A stretch of DNA of 40,766 bases from a virus. Its lineage: Duplodnaviria > Caudoviricetes. The position numbers and the translations under genes are program-made. Location: positions 1-40,766 of IMG/VR virus record IMGVR_UViG_3300035531_000138; one strand, 5' to 3'. Positions 1 through 6,819 of this stretch are shown here, piece after piece. Position 1 is the stretch's first letter, and each line of letters starts with the position of its first letter. Below the pieces are notes generated by a model that was given only the letters and a program-made list of their open reading frames with translations, was not told the origin of the DNA and searched no databases.

Positions 1-93
1 TTGTTTATTTAATCTTTTATTTTTATAATATTTTCGATTAATTAAATTCATAATAATAACTATGATTATAGCTGCCATAAACTTTAAAAACAT
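1..93 (-). CDS. Small hypothetical protein, partial (runs off left edge)
   Basis: ATG at 93 preceded by AGGAGG SD; MFLKFMAAIIIVIIMNLINRK..., open to position 1. Confidence 0.55.
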   Translation of the reverse strand, partial: MFLKFMAAIIIVIIMNLINRKYYKNKRLNKQ

Positions 94-199
94 TTTATCC
101 CCTCCTAAATAATTCTGTTATTATTAATCCAAATAAAATTACAATTGCTCCCAAAACTGGAGCAGCTAAAATTACAGGATTAAAATCGATTTATGATAT

Positions 200-228
200 A
201 ATATAATAAATACCCTATAACTTGTCAA
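200..228 (-). promoter_or_regulatory. Leftward sigma70-type promoter
   Basis: TTGACA (228-223), 17 nt, TATATT (205-200); abutted by the 18-bp perfect palindrome AAGTAAAATATTTTACTT (227-244). Confidence 0.6.
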
Positions 229-522
229 GTAAAATATTTTACTTATCCCTATTCGATATAAAAATATCGATTACCTTAAAGAAATCTTTACAAAAACCCC
301 ACTTTTCGTAAAGAAAACTTTATGGACATAAAATATATCTATCCCTATTAATAACAATAAGTTATATCCCTAAAGTCAATAGCCTGGCTGTATAGTCTAT
401 CTTTTAAATCTTGCACAAACATCTATAAAACCAAAACCAACCCTATTTAAAATATCCCCTGAAACCTTACTACCTTATTAAACTAAACCCAAAATTACTA
501 AAAAGTAGCTGTGGCAATACTT

Positions 523-795
523 CGCCTCTCTTCCCGCAATCTTTAGCAAGCAACAACCATACACCCCCTTACAATCTTTCACCACCAACAACTATCAAGA
601 AGGTGCTGTGCTGGCAAGAGGCGGTATAACTGGGCTCAGCGGCAGTACCAGCTCCTGTTACTTGAGGTAATAGTATAATTGAATGAAGTAAAACAACGGC
701 AGGGCAATGCCTGTTCATTGTAGTGGTAATGCACAATGACAAGACTCTGTATATGGGAGAGAGTTGTATGGTGTATTAAAATCAAGACACCTTCT
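523..795 (+). ncRNA. Candidate structured non-coding RNA of unknown family
   Basis: GC-richer ORF-free island; closing helix 598-605/788-795 encloses five hairpins; G-U pairs favour the + strand. Confidence 0.4.
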
Positions 796-952
796 CATCA
801 TCGACTGTCATTTTTTTATGACGGTAACTTGTAGTTATTTTAGGTAATTAGGTATAGTTTTACCTTTATTATATATTTTCATTAGATAAAATTGTTATAG
901 TATTGACAGTTTGATATTGGTATATTGGTTTTGTTTTTTTTAAAGTATTTAC

Positions 953-1156
953 TGTAAACATTGCTTTACGGTTGTCAACGATGTTTACGATTGGGTTTAG
1001 ATTTGGTTGTAGTGCTGGTTTATGTTGATTTTAGTGGTTTAGCAGTGTAAACGATGTTTACGATTGAATATTGTGGCTGAGTTGTTGTGATTATCGTGTA
1101 AGTTATTGTTATTTGGGAAGTTATGGAGTATTTGTTGGTTTGGAATGGTTCTTGCA
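953..1156 (+). promoter_or_regulatory. sigma54-type promoter with upstream palindromic boxes, copy 1
   Basis: TGGAATGGTTCTTGCA (1141-1156, GG-N10-GC); TGT(A/C)AA-N5/6-TTTACG boxes at 953-970, 973-989, 1046-1062; IHF-like site 1099-1111. Confidence 0.6.
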
Positions 1157-1182
1157 TTGTATTAAGGCAAAAGGAGGCAAAG

Positions 1183-1422
1183 ATGAGTAAAATTAAATTT
1201 CTTTTCAATGAAAGAGAAATTTTTGTAGGTAATTACTCTTTTACATTTGTAAAAAATTTACTTGATTTAAACAGATCGGATCTTCTGGACTGCAGTTCTG
1301 ACCAGGACTGCAGTGTCAGAATGACAGAAGACACCGCAGAAAAAGTCCTCGACCTGTTGGCCGAGGAATATGAAAATGCAACTAAAGATTTTTTTAATAT
1401 TAAAAAGGAGTGTAGAAAATGA
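1183..1422 (+). CDS. Small early hypothetical protein (79 aa)
   Basis: Start moved to ATG 1183 downstream of AGGAGG SD. Confidence 0.75.
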   Translation: MSKIKFLFNEREIFVGNYSFTFVKNLLDLNRSDLLDCSSDQDCSVRMTEDTAEKVLDLLAEEYENATKDFFNIKKECRK

Positions 1423-1610
1423 AAAAAGTTCATTTATGCGGAATGTGTAACACTTTATATTTGAATGGTAGACCGTTCGTTTGTGATAATTGCAATAGTA
1501 ATGTTGCAATCGAAGAAGTTGAAACAACAGATGAAGAAATTGAAAAATGCAGAGGAATTGAAGGTATAAAAATAGTTGAAGAAGTTAGAGAAATAAAAGG
1601 AATTGACTGA
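1419..1610 (+). CDS. Small zinc-ribbon protein
   Basis: CxxC...CxxC; AGGAG SD; ATGA overlap with upstream gene. Confidence 0.75.
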   Translation: MKKVHLCGMCNTLYLNGRPFVCDNCNSNVAIEEVETTDEEIEKCRGIEGIKIVEEVREIKGID

Positions 1611-1656
1611 TATTACTTTAACAGATTATTAAATCTTAAAACAAAAGGAGGAAAAA

Positions 1657-1923
1657 ATGAGAAAATCTAACATAATTGCTTCATTCGATTACAAAATTCC
1701 AGAATTTATGCTCTGTGGTATTGTGAATGGAGATGATAGCGGATTAGAAAAATTTGAAAAAATGGCTTTGAGAAAAGTCATTCAAAAATTTAACAAAATT
1801 GCGGAAGAGTTCAATGGAAATTGGACTCTTACAATTCAAAATTACGATAAATACTTCACTTATTCGCCAGATTTTATTAAGCTGGGGTGTGAAGTGTTTG
1901 ACTGCACCCTGATAATTATTTAA
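1657..1923 (+). CDS. Phage early hypothetical protein
   Basis: AGGAGG SD; IVNGDDSGLE motif resembles small phage early proteins. Confidence 0.75.
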   Translation: MRKSNIIASFDYKIPEFMLCGIVNGDDSGLEKFEKMALRKVIQKFNKIAEEFNGNWTLTIQNYDKYFTYSPDFIKLGCEVFDCTLIII

Positions 1924-1948
1924 AAAAAGGAGTAAAAAATGAATTAAA

Positions 1949-1985
1949 AGCACTCCAGATATTTTCTGGAGTGTTTTTTTTATTT
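1949..1985 (+). terminator. Intrinsic terminator
   Basis: GCACTCCAGA...TCTGGAGTGT hairpin followed by T-tract. Confidence 0.85.
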
Positions 1986-2033
1986 ATAAATTTTACTAAG
2001 ATTAAAATTATAGTTCTTTAAATATTTCATAGA

Positions 2034-2124
2034 GTGAGAAAACCCATTTTAAGCGCCGATAATATAATTCCTAACATAGAATACTAATAAATGTTTTAAA
2101 GCCGTTAGGATTGAGATTTGACAC
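2034..2124 (+). repeat. Dispersed ~90-bp element, copy A
   Basis: Aligns with 3814-3903 (direct) and 5951-6037 (inverted). Confidence 0.6.
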
Positions 2125-2201
2125 TTTAAGTGGGAAATTAATAATTGTTACTATATCAAATAAATAATACTGAAACTATTCAAAACTGAAAAAATTTGAA
2201 C

Positions 2202-2267
2202 TCGATATATAAAGCCTGAAAAAACGGGGCAAAATTGATATATAGAGTTTAAAATTGCGGGGCAAAA
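2202..2267 (+). repeat. Two tandem 33-bp units (TTGATATATA...CGGGGCAAAA)
   Basis: Units 2202-2234 and 2235-2267; same unit twice more at 4021-4088. Confidence 0.8.
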
Positions 2268-2268
2268 T

Positions 2269-2470
2269 TGTAAATTATTGTTTACAGTTGTCAACTTTGT
2301 TTACAATTATTGTTCCAGCTTTTATTCATCGGATTTGACAAATTTTTTGTAGTTTATGGTGTAAATAATGTTTACAATTAGTTATTTTGATTGACTGGTT
2401 GTGATTATCGTGTAAGTTATTGTGTCTTAGGAAGTTATGGAATATTTACAGGTTTGGCACGGTTCTTGCA
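2269..2470 (+). promoter_or_regulatory. sigma54-type promoter with upstream palindromic boxes, copy 2
   Basis: Consensus TGGCACGGTTCTTGCA (2455-2470); boxes 2269-2286, 2289-2305, 2360-2376 at the same spacing as copy 1. Confidence 0.7.
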
Positions 2471-2499
2471 TTGTATTAAGGCAAAAGGAGGCAAATAAA

Positions 2500-2709
2500 A
2501 TGGCAAAACGTAATATGAAATTGTTAAAAGAAGGAGATAAACTTTATACGGGAAAAATTGTCAGCAAGTTATTTGCTGAACAATACAATTTCCTTTCTGA
2601 TTATATTCAGAAAAAAGAAGAAGCTGGTTTTGATGCTGAAGTTGAAAATTGGTTAAATGCGAAACATAAATTTTTCGTAATTTATGCAAATTTAAAAAAA
2701 CAAAAATGA
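2500..2709 (+). CDS. Small early hypothetical protein (69 aa)
   Basis: Start moved to ATG 2500 downstream of AGGAGG SD. Confidence 0.75.
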   Translation: MAKRNMKLLKEGDKLYTGKIVSKLFAEQYNFLSDYIQKKEEAGFDAEVENWLNAKHKFFVIYANLKKQK

Positions 2710-2754
2710 ATTTACCCGCCGGTCGGATCACTCCGGCCGGCAAAACAAAAGGAG
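2707..2754 (+). repeat. 48-bp intergenic GC hairpin plus SD repeat, copy 1
   Basis: 47/48 identical to 2935-2982. Confidence 0.9.
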
Positions 2755-2763
2755 GAAATAAAA

Positions 2764-2931
2764 ATGATGGAAACAATTCACAGAGATAAAGAAGGAAAGC
2801 TGTTTTCCGTGAGTGGGAACAGCTACGAGATTAATTCAGCACTTGCTGTCATCCTTGACGGCGGCGAAGTGTTTTTCATACGTACGGATATAGCTACAGT
2901 TCAGGAAGTGATTGACTTCCTGAGAAATTAG
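2764..2931 (+). CDS. Small hypothetical protein (55 aa, not in ORF track)
   Basis: AGGAGG SD; MMETIHRDKEGKLFSVSGNSYEINSALAVILDGGEVFFIRTDIATVQEVIDFLRN. Confidence 0.7.
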   Translation: MMETIHRDKEGKLFSVSGNSYEINSALAVILDGGEVFFIRTDIATVQEVIDFLRN

Positions 2932-2934
2932 TTT

Positions 2935-2982
2935 TGAATTTACCCGCCGGTCGGTTCACTCCGGCCGGCAAAACAAAAGGAG
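2935..2982 (+). repeat. 48-bp intergenic GC hairpin plus SD repeat, copy 2
   Basis: Direct repeat of 2707-2754. Confidence 0.9.
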
Positions 2983-2988
2983 AAAAAA

Positions 2989-3504
2989 ATGAAATATTAC
3001 TCACAAAACGAAGATATTATTTATGTAGTTCGCCAGTTTACTGGTGAACAATGCGCAATTATTCATTGCGCACCAGAACCTGGAAAAGAATTCCCCGAAT
3101 TATTCGGAGAATCGGATGCAATTTCAATCACCAAATCTAAAAAACTTTCTGAAGGGATATATAAAATATCCTTTCAGGATAATAATTTAAAAATTAAAGA
3201 CACATGGTGGTGTGTCGTAGAAGGCACACCGATAAATAATGTTGTAAATTTTTTCCTGAATTACAGGGAAAAAGCAATTGAAGAGGCGTTAATCGCCTCT
3301 GTAAAAGTAATCCAGGAGTTTAACGATGTTCCGTGGCAAGACCTTGTTACGGAATTCAACGTTGGAGGGCTCGAGCTCTCCAACGTCTCAGGTAGTGACA
3401 GTTTTATTTATTATTCGTTCCTGAATGAGGAACGAAAAATCAAGGCAACAGTTCAAGTCCCCTGCTTTGAAGGCAGGGAAATAAAGGTTTTTTGGGATAA
3501 ATAA
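2989..3504 (+). CDS. Hypothetical protein (171 aa)
   Basis: Long ORF with AGGAG SD. Confidence 0.8.
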   Translation: MKYYSQNEDIIYVVRQFTGEQCAIIHCAPEPGKEFPELFGESDAISITKSKKLSEGIYKISFQDNNLKIKDTWWCVVEGTPINNVVNFFLNYREKAIEEALIASVKVIQEFNDVPWQDLVTEFNVGGLELSNVSGSDSFIYYSFLNEERKIKATVQVPCFEGREIKVFWDK

Positions 3505-3514
3505 AGGGTAGAAA

Positions 3515-3655
3515 ATGAAATCAACAAAAGAAATAATGTTAGAAAAAGAAAACGTCGAAAAATTGCGCCGTCGGTGCAGAGATGCACTGAACAAGACGGC
3601 GAGCAAGGAAGAGATATTGAAAATCGCCCGCATTTTGCGGGTGAAAATAGATTAA
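3515..3655 (+). CDS. Small basic helical protein (46 aa)
   Basis: MKSTKEIMLEKENVEKLRRRCRDALNK...; lies between upstream gene and terminator. Confidence 0.6.
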   Translation: MKSTKEIMLEKENVEKLRRRCRDALNKTASKEEILKIARILRVKID

Positions 3656-3685
3656 GCCAAAGCAAAGCGATCAAAAAGCATAGCA

Positions 3686-3730
3686 AAGGCATTTCAGGAA
3701 ACTTAGTTTCCTGGAGTGCCTTTTTTTATT
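3686..3730 (+). terminator. Intrinsic terminator
   Basis: AGGCATTTCAGGAAAC...GTTTCCTGGAGTGCCT hairpin plus T-tract; shares CTGGAGTG with the 1949 terminator. Confidence 0.85.
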
Positions 3731-3813
3731 GTCTTTATTTATAATTTCAATTAATAATTGCCTGAAGTTAAAAATAAAGATAAATAGATCATTAAAAACA
3801 AAATAGAATAGAG

Positions 3814-3903
3814 GTGTAAATATCAATTCTAAGGAACGATAATTTTAAGCTGACATATTATACTAAAATATAATTATCTCTTCTTAGGGTTGAAATTTGG
3901 TGC
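3814..3903 (+). repeat. Dispersed ~90-bp element, copy B (imperfect long palindrome)
   Basis: AAATATCAATTCTAAG pairs with CTTAGGGTTGAAATTT; inner GATAATT/AATTATC. Confidence 0.65.
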
Positions 3904-4020
3904 ATTAATAACAAAAATAACAATTCTATATCTTACAATTGAAAGTTGCAAGTTTCCTATTGGGAAAAATATTAATGCAATCGATAATTTAATATCGAAA
4001 AGAAAAGGAATTTGCAAGAT

Positions 4021-4088
4021 TTGATATATAATAATCAAAATTACGGGGCAAATTTTGATATATAAGGTTCAAAATTACGGGGGAAAAT
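4021..4088 (+). repeat. Two tandem 34-bp units (TTGATATATA...CGGGG)
   Basis: Same unit as 2202-2267. Confidence 0.8.
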
Positions 4089-4100
4089 TTGATTTTTAAC

Positions 4101-4128
4101 TTGACAAATTTAGAAAAGTCAATAAATT
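4101..4128 (+). promoter_or_regulatory. sigma70-type promoter of replication operon
   Basis: TTGACA, 16 nt, TAAATT ahead of AGGAGG SD. Confidence 0.5.
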
Positions 4129-4151
4129 TTTTTATAAAAAAGGAGGAAAAG

Positions 4152-4568
4152 ATGAAAAAAATTAACCAAGTCGTAAGTCAATTTCCTGTACATATTTTAA
4201 AAAATAATGAGAGAGTAGTTATTACTTCTTCTCACGGATACAAATTTAGTGACGGCAGTATCGCTGAAAAGGGCGCCCCGAAAGAAGCTGCCAAATTAAT
4301 AGAAGCAAACAGAACTTTTTCCCAAGTAAGGGAAAGAGTTTTTGAATCAAAACAATCGTTGACTCCAGAATCTCTAAAGATTCTGGCAGAGTTAAATAAG
4401 CGTGGAAATTGGGTCTTAGTCTCATTTTTTGTGAGGAGTGCCTTGCATTCAATGGGATTAAGGGATGACCCAAGATTCAGCAATGTAGTGGCTTTCAATT
4501 CCACAGAAAAAACAAAACGTTCACGCCCAAGTGAGAAAATTGTCGATATCAACAAGTGGGCGTGGTAA
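4152..4568 (+). CDS. Hypothetical protein (138 aa)
   Basis: Start moved to ATG 4152 downstream of AGGAGG. Confidence 0.8.
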   Translation: MKKINQVVSQFPVHILKNNERVVITSSHGYKFSDGSIAEKGAPKEAAKLIEANRTFSQVRERVFESKQSLTPESLKILAELNKRGNWVLVSFFVRSALHSMGLRDDPRFSNVVAFNSTEKTKRSRPSEKIVDINKWAW

Positions 4569-4581
4569 CAAAGGAGGGAAA

Positions 4582-4782
4582 ATGAAAAATGAAAAGAAGG
4601 AGCGTTATATTGTAACAACCAGCTTTTATATTTATGCTCAAGATGATATAGAAGCTATTAAGAAAGCCCAGGAATGGGCTAAAGAGTTTGACCTACAAAA
4701 TGATAATTGGTGCTTTATTGATGAAATCTGGCAAGCACCATTTGCCAAAAAACCACAGTTAATTTATCAAAAGGGGGAATAA
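4582..4782 (+). CDS. Small hypothetical protein
   Basis: Start moved to ATG 4582 downstream of AGGAGG. Confidence 0.75.
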   Translation: MKNEKKERYIVTTSFYIYAQDDIEAIKKAQEWAKEFDLQNDNWCFIDEIWQAPFAKKPQLIYQKGE

Positions 4783-4940
4783 TGTTTAATCTATTTGACT
4801 ATGCAATTTCAGGGAATGTCAAATTCCAAGATGTTTTTAGTGATAAAAAAAAATTAAATGCTAATTTAGAAACTATCGAAAAAGAACTTAAAAAAGAAAA
4901 AGAAGCTATAAAGAACCAAATAAAAGGGGGCAAAAAATGA
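4782..4940 (+). CDS. Small coiled-coil hypothetical protein (52 aa)
   Basis: TAATG and ATGA coupling to both neighbours. Confidence 0.65.
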   Translation: MFNLFDYAISGNVKFQDVFSDKKKLNANLETIEKELKKEKEAIKNQIKGGKK

Positions 4941-5230
4941 ACCGCAAAAGATTATTAATGTCAGCTTATAAACTTATAGAAGTAATCAGAAATGGCAATG
5001 AGCAGGATATTTTTGACGCTATACTCAATATAGATATTCATGCTGATTATCTTGAAAAACAATTATCTGATGATGACGGCATTGAATCTATCTTAGATGC
5101 TATTGGCTGGGATAGAGTAGCAGAATATTTTGAAGATAAATTAGATAAGGAATATTCGGAATGCTTTCAAGAAGGTAGAACTATGCAAAAAATGGGCGCA
5201 AGCCGCTATCAGGACATGCTGGACAGATAA
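4937..5230 (+). CDS. Acidic hypothetical protein
   Basis: ORF coupled to the initiator gene. Confidence 0.75.
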   Translation: MNRKRLLMSAYKLIEVIRNGNEQDIFDAILNIDIHADYLEKQLSDDDGIESILDAIGWDRVAEYFEDKLDKEYSECFQEGRTMQKMGASRYQDMLDR

Positions 5231-5937
5231 TGTCAGGTTGGATAAAATTACACAGAAAACTTAGGGATAATCCGATTTACACTAATTCGGTTGCTGTCCA
5301 TTGTTGGATTGAGTGTTTACTTAGGGCTAATCATCAAGAGAAAACATTTTATAAAGGCAGAACTAAGTTTACACTCAAGCCAGGACAGTTCCTTACTGGC
5401 AGAAAATCTTTCGCAAAATCAACAGGCATTTCGGCAAGCACAGTGTGGTATTGGCTTAATCGTTTCAAAGTTGACACCTTAGTTGACATCACCAAAACTC
5501 CGAAAGGTAGCATTATAACCATATTGAACTGGGACGAATATCAAGAGTTGACACCAAAGTTGACAGCAAATGAACAGCAAATGAACACTAACAAGAATGT
5601 AAAGAATGTAAAGAACACTAAAAGAAAAACTATCAAAAAGAAAAAGCTGTCCGAATTTGCTTATCAAATATCGGACGAGTTTCATAAATATCAAATGGAG
5701 AATTATCCTGTAGCTTCAGTTAAAAACTGGAATAGAGAAAAATGGGCAGATACTATCGATAAATTGATACGCATTGACGGTTATAAACCACAAGTGATTT
5801 CTGATGCACTTAGCTTTGCCGTTAATGATGATTTTTGGAGTAAACAGATAATATCTTTAGCTGGACTTCGCAAAAAAGGCAAAAACGACCTCACTAAATT
5901 TGATAACTTAGTAATCAGGATGGAAGGCAGGCAGTGA
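5230..5937 (+). CDS. Phage replication initiator / replisome organiser
   Basis: N-terminal SGWIKLHRKL, GQFLTGR motif and wHTH-like region; internal iteron-like repeats; upstream of helicase. Confidence 0.85.
   Translation: MSGWIKLHRKLRDNPIYTNSVAVHCWIECLLRANHQEKTFYKGRTKFTLKPGQFLTGRKSFAKSTGISASTVWYWLNRFKVDTLVDITKTPKGSIITILNWDEYQELTPKLTANEQQMNTNKNVKNVKNTKRKTIKKKKLSEFAYQISDEFHKYQMENYPVASVKNWNREKWADTIDKLIRIDGYKPQVISDALSFAVNDDFWSKQIISLAGLRKKGKNDLTKFDNLVIRMEGRQ
5467..5620 (+). repeat. Iteron-like repeats inside initiator gene (probable origin)
   Basis: AGTTGACA x4, ACAGCAAATGAAC x2, AAGAATGTA x2. Confidence 0.6.
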
Positions 5938-5950
5938 TTTTGAAAATAAA

Positions 5951-6037
5951 GCGCCAAATATCGACACAGTTAAGAGATAATTTTTATTTAGTGTTGTTGG
6001 ACGTTTTAAAATTATCTTAGCTTAGGATTGAAATATG
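5951..6037 (-). repeat. Dispersed ~90-bp element, copy C (inverted relative to B)
   Basis: Ungapped alignment to the reverse complement of copy B. Confidence 0.65.
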
Positions 6038-6049
6038 AGGGGGTTCATA

Positions 6050-6157
6050 ATGAAAGTTTTACAAATATTAGGAAGATTAGTAATGTTTTTTATATTTTTA
6101 GCAATAGCAGCAGTATTTGCTATACCAGCTGCTATTATTGCAATGATTAAGGAATAG
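6050..6157 (+). CDS. Small single-pass membrane protein (35 aa)
   Basis: MKVLQILGRLVMFFIFLAIAAVFAIPAAIIAMIKE; GAGG SD. Confidence 0.6.
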   Translation: MKVLQILGRLVMFFIFLAIAAVFAIPAAIIAMIKE

Positions 6158-6159
6158 TT

Positions 6160-6807
6160 ATGAAACCTGACTATCAAATAAAAAACATAAGCCTTTATAA
6201 CTGTGATTGTATGGAGTTTATGAAAGATATTCCTGATAATTTCTATGATTTAGCTATTGTTGACCCGCCTTATGGGATAGACTGGATGAAACAAATTGAA
6301 AATCCAAACACCAAAGCGAACTGGAAGGTTCACGACAAAAAAGACTGGGATAAAAATATACCACAGCAAGAATACTTTGACGAACTTTTTAGAGTTAGTG
6401 AAAATCAAATTGTTTGGGGTGGGAACTATATGACTGAATATTTACCACCAAGCCCTTGTTGGCTTATATGGGATAAGATGCAAGAGTTTACAGGTGCTGT
6501 TTTTGAGATGGCTTGGACTTCATTCAAAAGCCCTGCAAAAGCGTTTAGAATGAGCAGAGTTGAAGCCTATGCAAATAAGAATAAAATACACCCGACACAA
6601 AAGCCGAAAGAGCTTTATAAGTGGTGTTTATCTAAATACGCCAAGTCAGGCGACAAAATCTTTGATTCTCACGGCGGTTCATTTTCAAGTGCTTGTGCTT
6701 GCTTAGATATGGGCTTTGAATTTGATGGCTGTGAAATTGATCAGGAATACTTTCAAAATGCAGTTGAAAGATTGAAGAATAATGTTCAAGAATATTTTGA
6801 GTTTTAA
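6160..6807 (+). CDS. DNA N6-adenine/N4-cytosine methyltransferase (beta class)
   Basis: DPPY, HPTQKP, FDSHGGS and GCEID motifs. Confidence 0.92.
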   Translation: MKPDYQIKNISLYNCDCMEFMKDIPDNFYDLAIVDPPYGIDWMKQIENPNTKANWKVHDKKDWDKNIPQQEYFDELFRVSENQIVWGGNYMTEYLPPSPCWLIWDKMQEFTGAVFEMAWTSFKSPAKAFRMSRVEAYANKNKIHPTQKPKELYKWCLSKYAKSGDKIFDSHGGSFSSACACLDMGFEFDGCEIDQEYFQNAVERLKNNVQEYFEF

Positions 6808-6819
6808 CAAGGAGATTTT

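Noticed and set aside
1123-1182. Shared N-terminal peptide MEYL.VW.GSCIVLRQKEA (also 2437-2499)
   Set aside because: It is the translated duplicate promoter; SD-supported starts are at 1183 and 2500
2202-4088. CRISPR array from 33-48-bp repeats
   Set aside because: Units are abutting or separated by a gene, with no repeat-spacer periodicity and no cas genes
6160-6807. Restriction-modification system
   Set aside because: Both methyltransferases lack an adjacent recognisable restriction enzyme; orphan methyltransferases are common in phages
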